From Escherichia phage W70, in the sequence record OP778610: a DNA stretch of 64,000 bases. One strand, written 5' to 3'. Position numbers and translations under genes: made by a program. A model generated the notes under the pieces. It was not told where the DNA came from and searched no databases. It worked only from the letters and a program-made list of their open reading frames with translations. Of the stretch, positions 10,001-18,232 are shown in pieces; the stretch's first letter is position 1, and each line of letters starts with the position of its first letter.

Positions 10001-10803
10001 AAGGTTACCTTATCCAAGGCGACTTCTGGGGTTGGACTGGTGCAGCATACGAGAACTTGGGTCGTATTCAAGGTCCGGTTGGACCAGTAGGTCCTACGGG
10101 TGACCAAGGACCACAAGGCCCTGTCGGTAACAAAGGCGATAAAGGCGACCAAGGGACCCTTTGGGTAGTTTTTGCTCGTGCACCAATGGTGAGCGATGGT
10201 CGTGTTAACGACCTGTACCTCAACTCTTCCACTCTGGAATATTACCGTAAAACTTCCGCAACGAACTGGGCACTGCTCGGATTCTTAGGTGGTGGTAACG
10301 TGTATGACGCACCAGGGGACGGAAAGCTGTATGTCCGTACTGATGGTGGTTGGGTTGAATTACCTACCGCAGAAGTTCTGGAAGCACCTCGTGATGGTAA
10401 CCAATACGTCCGTAAAGACGGCGCTTGGACAACTGTTACAGTTCCTGTAACGGAAGCACCACTTGAAGGTGGATTCTACGTCCGTGAAAATGGTGCGTGG
10501 GTTAAACTGGATCAGTACGATTTACGTGTTGTTGCTTCAACTGGTGCAATTGATGCAAGCTCTGGTAATGCTTGGACTTTAGATGGTACAACCAACAAGT
10601 CCTTGACTATCACCGGATTGCCAGCAGGAAGGGCTAAAACCATAGTTTTACGATTCACGGGTAACGGTGGTCAGATTAACTGGGATAGCCAGATCGCTTG
10701 GTCTAACGGAACAGCACCTACTCTCGGGGCTACTCGCACTATCCTAACCTTGTTCTGGGATGGTGAGTTCCTGACGGGTACTCAAGCAATGACTATAGGT
10801 TAA
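7003..10803 (+). CDS. collagen-like fibre protein with tail-fibre repeats
   Basis: 1266 aa; many Gly-X-Y tracts alternating with about eight copies of a roughly 50-aa module (ILGSVA..DQLP...GDAYLI...W.NVG) and three SAY...WL.SLKG tail-fibre-repeat motifs; non-collagenous C-terminal domain. Confidence 0.85.
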   Translation: MAEYNDKVVEAFVTAPDPVVTTTGGGVIFDGIETEDTVSTLLIGDGTASSPLQAQVKLSRRAGNALTIVQSDTEQGLFATAGDAKVSASQVNIAKYVTAEEAAAQGDAGLEGILVEPVHATTTAVGDALEITADPLTAKKSRISLKVSPSATNALSVESDGLAVKVSPAVDNSLQVREGALYVAPVGADISQDPGNKLEQRSDGLFVETIKGDKGDQGEQGPEGPQGPAGEAGPAGPQGEKGDKGDQGEVGPAGATGPAGLTGATGPRGIEGPRGPAGIGINILDTLASEDQLPSVVDLSNGDTYVIGQSFFTVITEGGIKQWRNVGNFAGPEGLSAFEVAETAGFVGTVDDWLATLRGADGIGLQLLGSFQRIEDLPAEENNPGDAYIIQEKMYVWTGDTDGWQPVGQIGPEGRSAYQVWLANGNVGSQREFLESLKGEKGDTGDQGPQGIPGADGKNANAINILGSVADQASLPEGADAGDAYLIGTNVFVSDGAGNWQDLGSFQGPQGPTGAKGDKGDKGDKGDKGDKGDDNYAIAVANGFQGSVNEYLASIKGEKGDVGATGPRGLAGPQGEQGPVGAGLNILGSVASEDQLPQTGISEGDAYLIEADLYIFTGGQWTNVGNIKGPQGDVGPQGPQGPIGLTGAQGPQGATGAQGPAGPQGETGPQGGIGPQGETGEKGDKGDKGDKGDTGIGIVARGIVATQEALPADATTGDFYVVESEGNGYAWDGTAWVLTGLTRGPQGLKGDKGDTGEKGDKGDKGDAGDALKLKGLVATSAELPSTAELGDFYVAEDTGIGYAWDGVEFVSAGTVRGPQGEVGPQGEIGPQGPQGEKGDAGDQGPQGLVGETGAKGDKGDKGDVGSGLIPRGTLPSQADLPQTGEVGDFYVANDTGIGYAFDGTTFVEAGVARGPQGEQGPQGEQGPQGLKGDTGETGAQGPQGAQGEKGDTGERGEVGPQGDQGPQGEQGPQGDIGPGVEIIGRFDTSDELPSTGTLGQGYLIQGDFWGWTGAAYENLGRIQGPVGPVGPTGDQGPQGPVGNKGDKGDQGTLWVVFARAPMVSDGRVNDLYLNSSTLEYYRKTSATNWALLGFLGGGNVYDAPGDGKLYVRTDGGWVELPTAEVLEAPRDGNQYVRKDGAWTTVTVPVTEAPLEGGFYVRENGAWVKLDQYDLRVVASTGAIDASSGNAWTLDGTTNKSLTITGLPAGRAKTIVLRFTGNGGQINWDSQIAWSNGTAPTLGATRTILTLFWDGEFLTGTQAMTIG
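8551..8604 (+). repeat. in-frame 9-bp tandem repeat encoding (GDK)n
   Basis: Six consecutive ggNgaYaaR nonamers encoding GDKGDKGDKGDKGDKGDD; shorter copies near 9049, 9246, 9570 and 10129. Confidence 0.8.
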
Positions 10804-10812
10804 TTTTTAAAT

Positions 10813-10834
10813 GGGGGCTTAGGCCCCCTCTTTC
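10813..10834 (+). terminator. rho-independent terminator
   Basis: gggggc-tta-gccccc hairpin followed by tcttt. Confidence 0.6.
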
Positions 10835-10848
10835 AGAAAGGAGTTAAT

Positions 10849-11484
10849 ATGGTGATCGATAAGATTTATGGCTGGACCCCCATGATCCGCATGTCTGACA
10901 TGCGTTATCCGGTATACCTGGCCGACTACCGTGCTGAATATCCTAACGTATCTATTGGTAGCTTTGTTTACGCTGTCGGTATGGCTGAAGTTGGATATCA
11001 TGCGGTTTATGATGTACCGATGCCGCAAGGTGATGTTGTTACGGAAGGACTTCCAGAATTACGAGAAGACGGTTTCTGGTACAGAACTTGGAACGTTAGA
11101 GATTTCACCGAGCAAGAGATTGCCGATAATCTTATCCGTGAAAAAGAGCAACGCATCAATGAAGCTCGAATGGTTCTAGATAATGAAAGATCTGAGGGTG
11201 TTTTTGTATCCGGTAAAAGATATCAATCCGACGCTCAAGCTTTTACTTATTACAGTTCTATCTCTGCTGTTGCTAAAGATTCACCTGAAGGTGTTTTTCA
11301 CTTAGTGACCTCTGACAATCAGGTGGAGGAATTTTTTGGTGATGACGTTATTGTCCACATCAAAGAAATTCAAAAAGTAAATGCAAAAATTTACGATGAG
11401 TTTGCTAAAATTGTAAAAGTTATCCGCGAAGCAAAATCCCCTGAAGAAATCCCTCAAGTTCCTCCCTCGTTCCAAAATATCTAA
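10849..11484 (+). CDS. hypothetical protein
   Basis: 211 aa ORF with SD aggag upstream; between the two collagen-like genes. Confidence 0.55.
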   Translation: MVIDKIYGWTPMIRMSDMRYPVYLADYRAEYPNVSIGSFVYAVGMAEVGYHAVYDVPMPQGDVVTEGLPELREDGFWYRTWNVRDFTEQEIADNLIREKEQRINEARMVLDNERSEGVFVSGKRYQSDAQAFTYYSSISAVAKDSPEGVFHLVTSDNQVEEFFGDDVIVHIKEIQKVNAKIYDEFAKIVKVIREAKSPEEIPQVPPSFQNI

Positions 11485-11516
11485 TTAATCTTCTAACGTA
11501 ACAGAAGGATGTAAAA

Positions 11517-13100
11517 ATGAGTAAAAGTATTAGCGGAATGGCAGGTCATAATAACGGTGTTTTTTACGGAAATGCCTTTTATGATTTAGAAAGAAAGGTT
11601 AAAATGGATTTTAAAGATATCATGGAAAAAGGTGATTCCAGCCAAACACCTGGTCCAGAAGGACCACAAGGACCAAAAGGGGATACTGGTCCTACCGGAC
11701 CTGTAGGCCCACAAGGTGATACCGGACCTCAGGGACCTGCGGGTTTTCAGGGTCCTGCGGGTTTTCAGGGTCCTGTTGGGGAGACAGGCCCTGCTGGCCC
11801 TGAAGGTAAAGAAGGACCCCAAGGCCCTCAAGGGGAGCAAGGTGTGGCTGGACCCACTGGACCTAAAGGTGATACTGGCGATCAGGGTCCTCAAGGAGAA
11901 CAAGGTCCTCAAGGTATTAAAGGGGACACTGGTGAACAGGGTCCTGCCGGACAAGAAGGACCAATAGGTCCAACTGGACCGACTGGCCCTGCCGGACCAA
12001 AAGGGGATGTTGGACCTCAGGGACCTAAAGGTGAAACTGGACCTCAGGGACCTATAGGACCACAAGGCCCTCAAGGGGATGTTGGCCCTGTAGGACCAGC
12101 AGGACTTACTTTCCGAGGTTTTTATGATCCTTTAGTTGAATACTCTCAGAACGATACTGTATCTTACAACGGATCTACTTATTTTTCCTTAAGAACAAGC
12201 ACAGGCGCTAGTCCAGACACATCACTTGAAGATTGGTCTTTATTGGCAGCAGAGGGAGCAAGAGGACCAGCAGGCCCTACAGGCCCTCAGGGACCTAAAG
12301 GCGATCAGGGTGAGATTGGTCCTGCCGGAGCTACTGGTCCTGAAGGTCCAATAGGTCCAACTGGCCCAACTGGCCCTCAAGGCCCTCAAGGGGATAAAGG
12401 AGATAAAGGAGAGGCTGGTCCTCAAGGACCTAAGGGTGATCAAGGGGTCAGAGGAGAACAAGGTCCACAAGGAATAACTGGGTCTACTGGCCCTGCTGGT
12501 CCGCAGGGGCCTAAAGGTGACAAAGGGGATGCAGGTCCTCAGGGTTTGGATGGGGCAACTGGATCAACTGGCGCTCAAGGCCCTCAAGGCCCTCAAGGCC
12601 CTCAAGGTATTAGAGGGGCAACTGGTCCGCAGGGGCCTAAAGGTGAAACTGGTGCTACCGGCCCACAGGGTCCAGCAGGTCAAAATAATACAAACAATCC
12701 AGTTTATACAACTCAACTTTCCGTATCGACAAGCTACTCAGCTATAGCTATACCAAACAACCCTGGCATCTCTTTTTCAGTCAGAAGGGTTGGGAATAAC
12801 ATTGAGTACTCTTTTATAGGCAACTCAATTGCAGGAAGGTATTTTGATGTTGAGGTTGTAAACTTTCCATCTGCTAACGTAGTTAAGAGATATCAGGCAA
12901 ATCACACAATTGCAGGAACTAGCAGGTATGTTGTAGGTGATCCTGCGGGTTATACTGGTGGAGGATATAAAAGGATTCAATTCTCAGCTAGAGATTGGGG
13001 AGATAAAAACATTATAATGATTGATGTTTTTCATCTTCAGCGCCCATCTGATACTAGTTTTAACATCGCCATTAGGATTGAGACATTCAAACTCCCTTGA
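11517..13100 (+). CDS. collagen-like protein with C-terminal globular domain
   Basis: 527 aa; two long uninterrupted Gly-X-Y blocks separated by a short non-collagen segment, then a roughly 150-aa C-terminal domain. Confidence 0.8.
   Translation: MSKSISGMAGHNNGVFYGNAFYDLERKVKMDFKDIMEKGDSSQTPGPEGPQGPKGDTGPTGPVGPQGDTGPQGPAGFQGPAGFQGPVGETGPAGPEGKEGPQGPQGEQGVAGPTGPKGDTGDQGPQGEQGPQGIKGDTGEQGPAGQEGPIGPTGPTGPAGPKGDVGPQGPKGETGPQGPIGPQGPQGDVGPVGPAGLTFRGFYDPLVEYSQNDTVSYNGSTYFSLRTSTGASPDTSLEDWSLLAAEGARGPAGPTGPQGPKGDQGEIGPAGATGPEGPIGPTGPTGPQGPQGDKGDKGEAGPQGPKGDQGVRGEQGPQGITGSTGPAGPQGPKGDKGDAGPQGLDGATGSTGAQGPQGPQGPQGIRGATGPQGPKGETGATGPQGPAGQNNTNNPVYTTQLSVSTSYSAIAIPNNPGISFSVRRVGNNIEYSFIGNSIAGRYFDVEVVNFPSANVVKRYQANHTIAGTSRYVVGDPAGYTGGGYKRIQFSARDWGDKNIIMIDVFHLQRPSDTSFNIAIRIETFKLP
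11736..11771 (+). repeat. perfect 18-bp tandem duplication (GPAGFQ x2)
   Basis: cctgcgggttttcagggt occurs twice in tandem, in frame; also a 9-bp x3 repeat (GPQGPQGPQ) at 12576-12605. Confidence 0.85.
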
Positions 13101-13105
13101 TAATA

Positions 13106-13134
13106 AAAGCCACCCTCGGGTGGCTTTATTTTTA
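13106..13134 (+). terminator. rho-independent terminator
   Basis: aagccaccc-tcg-ggtggctt hairpin plus T-run. Confidence 0.7.
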
Positions 13135-13159
13135 TACAAATGACTTTCTTTTTATTTTA

Positions 13160-13168
13160 TGGTAAAAT
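13160..13168 (+). promoter_or_regulatory. extended -10 promoter-like motif TGGTAAAAT
   Basis: One of four near-identical TGnTAAAAT(A) motifs placed 20-40 nt upstream of structural-gene starts, each after a terminator; no obvious -35. Confidence 0.35.
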
Positions 13169-13191
13169 GTTCTAATACACTGGAGGAATAT

Positions 13192-13713
13192 ATGACTGAT
13201 GAAGAAGTAGTACAACTTGTCCGTAACTTTTTAGGCGGTCTTACTGAAGATGAAATGCCTGATAGCATGATTCTGTTTTTCTATAATAAATGGAAGGTCT
13301 GTTATGATTTAGAAAACAGACCTGATCAATTCTCCATTATTCTTTATAACACCGTATTAGATTGTGTCCGCTGGCTTCTGGTTCAAAGCGTTTCAAGTGG
13401 TGCTTCTGGCATCCGTGAAAGATTTGAGAAGGTAGGTGATGAGACGATATCTGTTAAGTATGGAGATAGCTCAGGTAATTGGCAAAATTTCTTGGATTAC
13501 CTGCTTGAACATCCCGAATATATAGATCCTTGTTTAAAAGAGGCAAACGGGAATGGTTTAGGTCTTGTCATCATTGGCGGCGTAAGAAGAAATGAAGTTA
13601 ACCGTGTTCGTAGAAACCCAAATTCTCATAACGGTTTCATGGAGCAAGGTATCTATCCCGCACCAGGTACAAGATCCAGTGTAAGAAAGCGTAATCCGTG
13701 GATGGTTAAGTAA
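13192..13713 (+). CDS. hypothetical protein (head-tail region)
   Basis: ORF with GGAGG SD and ATG at 13192; the track's upstream start at 13159 lies inside the promoter motif and is rejected. Confidence 0.5.
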   Translation: MTDEEVVQLVRNFLGGLTEDEMPDSMILFFYNKWKVCYDLENRPDQFSIILYNTVLDCVRWLLVQSVSSGASGIRERFEKVGDETISVKYGDSSGNWQNFLDYLLEHPEYIDPCLKEANGNGLGLVIIGGVRRNEVNRVRRNPNSHNGFMEQGIYPAPGTRSSVRKRNPWMVK

Positions 13714-13746
13714 AGCTTTGAGTTTGTTGCTTTTGCTCATCTATTG

Positions 13747-13755
13747 TGGTAAAAT
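13747..13755 (+). promoter_or_regulatory. extended -10 promoter-like motif TGGTAAAAT
   Basis: Second copy of the TGnTAAAAT motif, upstream of the 13777 ORF. Confidence 0.35.
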
Positions 13756-13776
13756 AACTTTCATGGAGAAATAACC

Positions 13777-14238
13777 GTGAAGAAAACATCGACAATTGAT
13801 TTTTCTGTCATGGATCGCTATTTCGACCAACTCTCAGATTTAGAAACAAAAGAGATTGAGGTGGGCTTCTTTGATGAGGCTCATTACTCTGGTTTGAATA
13901 TGGCGACTCTCGCAGCTATTCACGAATTAGGATGGAACAATCTTCCTGAACGTAACTTCATGCTTTCTACTTCGATTCATTATCGCGGTGGACTTATCAA
14001 GAACCTGAAACGGCTTAATGATGATTTGCTGAAAGGTAAGTCATACAACCCTGCACTAAAGAAAATCGGTAAAGACTACGCTGACAGCATTCGTTTTACG
14101 ATTGACCAAGGTACGTTCTCTAATAACCGAGTATCTACAGCATGGGCGAGCTATAAAGGGTTCAGTGATGCAATGATCCATTACGGCGATCTTTCAGATT
14201 CAGCGAAGTTTAAGATTGTCCCTCTTACGAAAGACTAA
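13777..14238 (+). CDS. hypothetical protein (head-tail joining region)
   Basis: 153 aa ORF, GTG start. Confidence 0.5.
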   Translation: MKKTSTIDFSVMDRYFDQLSDLETKEIEVGFFDEAHYSGLNMATLAAIHELGWNNLPERNFMLSTSIHYRGGLIKNLKRLNDDLLKGKSYNPALKKIGKDYADSIRFTIDQGTFSNNRVSTAWASYKGFSDAMIHYGDLSDSAKFKIVPLTKD

Positions 14239-14247
14239 GGAGGCATC

Positions 14248-14688
14248 ATGTCTCGTGGCTATTTATTGTTAAGCCGTCGCAATCAGCTTATTCCTCGTAT
14301 CGAGGTTGAAGGTCGCAGACGTGCTTATAAAAAGGTTGATCTGGATGACCCGTTTGATAACGGTGGTCTGGAGATTGAATATACACCATTCACGGCTGTT
14401 GAATGTGTCATTCAACCAATCAGAGGCAAAGCGCTTCGTGACCAGAACAACCAACTGACTACTGCTGGTGAGGAAGATTATGATTCCTACACTGTGTATT
14501 CAGAAACTGTATTGTATCGTGCACAAGAAGGAACGGATAAACTTTCTGATCAATTGTGGCTTCCCAATTCTGTTGGTGAGAATAGTTGGTTTACAGTAAT
14601 GAAAGCTGACCGTTACCCAAGTGCAGGCAACATGAGATATCGTTACTATCTGATCGCTGTACCTGTTGGAACAGAGGGTGGATTATAA
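14248..14688 (+). CDS. hypothetical protein
   Basis: 146 aa ORF with SD aggagg. Confidence 0.55.
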   Translation: MSRGYLLLSRRNQLIPRIEVEGRRRAYKKVDLDDPFDNGGLEIEYTPFTAVECVIQPIRGKALRDQNNQLTTAGEEDYDSYTVYSETVLYRAQEGTDKLSDQLWLPNSVGENSWFTVMKADRYPSAGNMRYRYYLIAVPVGTEGGL

Positions 14689-15347
14689 TGGATCAATTGC
14701 CTAATGAGTTTACAAACTCCGACGAGATTATGGGCAATCTCACAAGGGTTATCGGTCGTCTCTTGAAAGACGTAACCACTTATAAGGTGGTTGAAGCTGG
14801 TGAAACAATCCCTAAAGTTGAGGGACCATTCATCCTCGTAGACCTCTCAGATTTAAGCCCTCTCGATTGGGAAACAAATCAGATTGTTGAGAATGGTATT
14901 ACACACACTGTTCACAACTACACTGCAACATACACACTCACCGCATATCGTGGAAAACCTCACTGGGCATTGACTCGTTTTCATCAGGCATTGAGCCTTG
15001 CATGGATAAGAGATAAATACTTCCCTGTCGGATCACCTTATGCTTACTCGTCCACTTCTTCTATTGCAAGATTAAGAATTCCTCTTAATGAGCAATATTA
15101 TGAAAACAGGGCAAGGGTACTGATTACCTTTAACGTTACGTTCGTTGAAAGTGACTTTGGTCAGTTTGAAAATATCGAGAGCATCATTATCGACACCAGT
15201 GTTTCAGATCCTTCTGGAAACAAGATCGAAAATGAAGCCATTGTAGATATCAACGTCAAACCAGGTGGTGATGGTCCTAGTATCCCGCCAGAACCGGAGA
15301 TTCCTTTCACTTACATCGATACTATCGTTACTGTAAACGAGAAGTAA
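14688..15347 (+). CDS. hypothetical protein
   Basis: 219 aa ORF, start overlaps previous stop (ATAATG). Confidence 0.55.
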   Translation: MDQLPNEFTNSDEIMGNLTRVIGRLLKDVTTYKVVEAGETIPKVEGPFILVDLSDLSPLDWETNQIVENGITHTVHNYTATYTLTAYRGKPHWALTRFHQALSLAWIRDKYFPVGSPYAYSSTSSIARLRIPLNEQYYENRARVLITFNVTFVESDFGQFENIESIIIDTSVSDPSGNKIENEAIVDINVKPGGDGPSIPPEPEIPFTYIDTIVTVNEK

Positions 15348-15459
15348 ATCCGGTTATTGATAGGCACACGCTTATCAGTGACAAATGAGGGGCTTTTAGC
15401 CCCTAATCAATTGGCACTTCCGGTGCTAGTCAATAATCGTCTAGAAGCAGAGGATAAAC

Positions 15460-16875
15460 ATGGCTTATGAAGATAAGGTAGTTGACGTCGAGGTAACGCT
15501 TGGCACTCAACCTATTGATACCGTAGGGTTTGAAACCCCAATGTTCTTAGCAGTACACAATAATTTCCCTGAACGTCTCCGTCTGTACGGATCTGTGGAA
15601 AGTCTGGTTGGTGATGGATTTGCAGTTGGGTCCGCAGCATATCAATTCGCATCCAATGCATTTGGTGGGTCTTTTGCCCCACAACTGGTAGCAATTGGTC
15701 GTATGTCTATGTCTGGTTCTCGAATCGACTTCACAGGCACTACCAATACCGAGCGTGTTGTGGTAAACATTACTATCAATAAGGTGGTAAAGGCAATAAC
15801 TATCACGATCAACCCTGGAAACACCCCTGGTCAGATCGCAACTGCTCTTGCAGAAGGTATTAACAATGATGTAGATTTGGCTGGTCGCGTTACTGCAACT
15901 GTTGAAGGCAGTACAGTCGTAGTTGTGCAATCCGCAGAGATTATCAGTGTAGGTAAAGGCGAAGGTAGCTACAAGATTGTAAACACCTCTGTTGAAACTG
16001 TTGCAACTGTTCTTCCGCAGGTACTTGCTGAAAACCACAACTGGTACTTCCTGTCTCACGAACAACGTTCTGATGCAGATATCGTTGCAGCGGCTGAATT
16101 TGCACAAGCTAATTACAAACTGCACGTATATAACTCCAGTGACAGCGATGCTCTGGCAGCAGCTAACCAAAGCGCTTCCGTGTTTGATACACTGAAAGCT
16201 CTGGGTTACAACTCTCTGGGTACTTACGACAAAGAAGCGGATGTAGAATTCACCGAAGGTTCTGTTATCGGCGCAATGGCTGCTAACGATCCTTCTTACG
16301 GTGACTCTATTCACCTGAAGACAATGCCTGGCATGAAGCCTTCTACGATTTCCGAAACTCAGCGTAGCAACGCTTGGGGACGTAACGCAAACATCTATCG
16401 TGCAATGTACGGCACTAACAGCTACATCGAAGGGCGTACCTCCAGCGGTCAGTATGTTGACGTTATTCGTTTCTCCCATTGGCTGAAATTCCGCATGGAA
16501 GAATCTGTATTCGGATACATGAAGCGTCGTTCTGATCAAGGCCAGTCCATGAAGATGAGTGATGAAGACCTTCCGGTTCTGCGATCTATCCTGTTTAATA
16601 ACCCAATCAACATCGGTATTCGTAACGGTGGCATTCTGACTGGTTATGACACAGTGAACCGTGTTAGCTATGATCCGATTATCACCATTCCTCGCCGTGC
16701 TGAAATCCCAAGTAATGACTTAGCTAACCGTATTCTGCGTGATGTTAAAGTTGAAGTGGTTTACAACAACTCCCTGCACTACGTTAAAATTCGCGCTGCT
16801 GTTGTTCTGGATCGTCCGCAAAACACGACCCAAAGCACTCAGACTCCTTTCACTAACTCTACTGTAGGGGTGTAA
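15460..16875 (+). CDS. tail sheath protein (putative, by synteny)
   Basis: 471 aa ORF two genes upstream of the chaperone and tape-measure pair; strong codon bias. Confidence 0.4.
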   Translation: MAYEDKVVDVEVTLGTQPIDTVGFETPMFLAVHNNFPERLRLYGSVESLVGDGFAVGSAAYQFASNAFGGSFAPQLVAIGRMSMSGSRIDFTGTTNTERVVVNITINKVVKAITITINPGNTPGQIATALAEGINNDVDLAGRVTATVEGSTVVVVQSAEIISVGKGEGSYKIVNTSVETVATVLPQVLAENHNWYFLSHEQRSDADIVAAAEFAQANYKLHVYNSSDSDALAAANQSASVFDTLKALGYNSLGTYDKEADVEFTEGSVIGAMAANDPSYGDSIHLKTMPGMKPSTISETQRSNAWGRNANIYRAMYGTNSYIEGRTSSGQYVDVIRFSHWLKFRMEESVFGYMKRRSDQGQSMKMSDEDLPVLRSILFNNPINIGIRNGGILTGYDTVNRVSYDPIITIPRRAEIPSNDLANRILRDVKVEVVYNNSLHYVKIRAAVVLDRPQNTTQSTQTPFTNSTVGV

Positions 16876-16878
16876 TAG

Positions 16879-17361
16879 ATGGCACTGAATCCTAAGTTAA
16901 TTAGTCTCCAGGCATACGACCCAGCGAAGGTTCTGATCTTCATCGGCGGTCAACGTGTTTCTGGATTTGCCGCTGATACGAAAGTTGTTGTTTCTCGTAA
17001 CAACGATAACATTACCCCGCTGTCTGGTGTTGATGGTGAAGTAAGTTCGGCTATCGTTCGCGACAACTCTGGTGTAGTAACTATCTCCTTGCAGAATACT
17101 TCTGTATGGAACGGTTATCTTTCCCAATGGCAGTTGCAAGCCCGTCTGACCGGACTTGTTTACTTCCCAATCCAGATTGAAGGTTCTCAGGGTCTGTCCT
17201 TGAACACCTTTGGTTGGATTCAACGTCAACCAGACCTGACCTATGGATCTGAAGTAGGGCAGATGGACTGGGAAATCGGCGTTGTCGATGCACAACTGAG
17301 TGCTGACCAGATTCAGGGTGTTGCTGCCGGAATCGGTGGAATCCTCGGTCTGGATCAATAA
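16879..17361 (+). CDS. tail tube protein (putative, by synteny)
   Basis: 160 aa ORF between the putative sheath and the chaperone genes. Confidence 0.4.
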   Translation: MALNPKLISLQAYDPAKVLIFIGGQRVSGFAADTKVVVSRNNDNITPLSGVDGEVSSAIVRDNSGVVTISLQNTSVWNGYLSQWQLQARLTGLVYFPIQIEGSQGLSLNTFGWIQRQPDLTYGSEVGQMDWEIGVVDAQLSADQIQGVAAGIGGILGLDQ

Positions 17362-17441
17362 TTACGTGAGCCTCAAGGATGAGGCCCTTCTCACGCAATG
17401 GATGATATTCATATTAACAAAGTGGACACAGGAGTGTAAAC

Positions 17442-17912
17442 GTGCAAGGTTTTAAATTTAAAAAGACCACAGAGATTACTCTTTGCGGCGGTAAGCGATT
17501 CACAATCTATCATTGGTCACCTACTCAAGTTATCCGTAATATGCCTAAGATTGGTAAACTGGTAGCTGTTCCTTTGGGCACGATGGCAGGTTCTGCTATT
17601 TCCGGTGGACAAGATTTTCAAGACGCTGTACCAACAGCAATTCTCTACATCTTAGATCGCATAGATGAAGGTGGTCTGGAAATTATTAATCTTCTGTTGG
17701 AAGGTGTAGAAGTAGACAACATGGGTGGCCCTATTGATATAGACGAAGTGTTCGATGGTCACGTAGAAGATTTGTTTAAACTGCTGGCAGAAATTATACA
17801 GGTGAACTACGGCTGTTTTTTCGGCAAGAGCGGTTTCGGGACAATCGAAAGTCTCCTTCAGAAGTTCGGTCTGGTTCGCAAGGTGGAGCAACTGGATCAG
17901 ACGGAAGCCTGA
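17442..17912 (+). CDS. tail assembly chaperone (G-like, zero-frame product)
   Basis: 156 aa ORF immediately upstream of the tape measure gene; contains the slippery heptamer T_TTT_TTC near its 3-prime end. Confidence 0.6.
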   Translation: MQGFKFKKTTEITLCGGKRFTIYHWSPTQVIRNMPKIGKLVAVPLGTMAGSAISGGQDFQDAVPTAILYILDRIDEGGLEIINLLLEGVEVDNMGGPIDIDEVFDGHVEDLFKLLAEIIQVNYGCFFGKSGFGTIESLLQKFGLVRKVEQLDQTEA

Positions 17913-18175
17913 GGCCGCTGAGTACAGTGGAAAGGGCCTTGGAGTATTGTAGAAAAAACTCTAGTCTGAAATGGTATGACTATCTCTATTTCCGTGTCAT
18001 GGAGAAATTCAAGGGAGTTAACGAACTTTCTATCGAAAGTGGAGACATGGAAGACCTTCTTAAGAAAAATGAATATATCGATATTCAAGAATATTTGGAA
18101 GGGGTTCAAGACAAAGAGAAGGAATACGAACGCCAGCGAATGGAACAAGAGGCCCAGTTGAAACGGAGAAAGTAA
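17442..18175 (+). CDS. tail assembly chaperone frameshift fusion (GT-like)
   Basis: Join of 17442-17822 with the -1 frame 17822-18175; the canonical arrangement just upstream of tape measure genes. Confidence 0.5.
17816..17822 (+). other. -1 programmed ribosomal frameshift slippery site (T TTT TTC)
   Basis: X_XXY_YYZ heptamer in the zero frame of the 17442 ORF; the -1 frame is open from 17822 straight into the 17927-18175 ORF with no stop. Confidence 0.55.
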
Positions 18176-18183
18176 ATAAATAG

Positions 18184-18217
18184 GGCTGGAGTCGAAAGAC
18201 TCTGGCCTTTATTTTTA
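18184..18217 (+). terminator. hairpin plus T-run (attenuator or terminator)
   Basis: ggctggagtc-gaaa-gactctggcc stem (with G-U pairs) followed by tttatttttatt. Confidence 0.4.
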
Positions 18218-18232
18218 TTATGAGGAGTCAAA

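Noticed and set aside
7600-12700. CRISPR array suggested by short periodic repeats
   Set aside because: The repeats are in-frame 9-bp and 18-bp collagen codon repeats inside long ORFs, with no spacer/repeat architecture and no cas genes.
13159-13191. Track start of the 13159-13713 ORF
   Set aside because: This ATG lies inside the TGGTAAAAT promoter-like box; the SD-preceded ATG at 13192 is preferred.
15547-16539. 330-aa - strand ORF inside the putative sheath gene
   Set aside because: Antisense shadow ORF; Cys/Arg-rich composition typical of a reverse-frame artefact.
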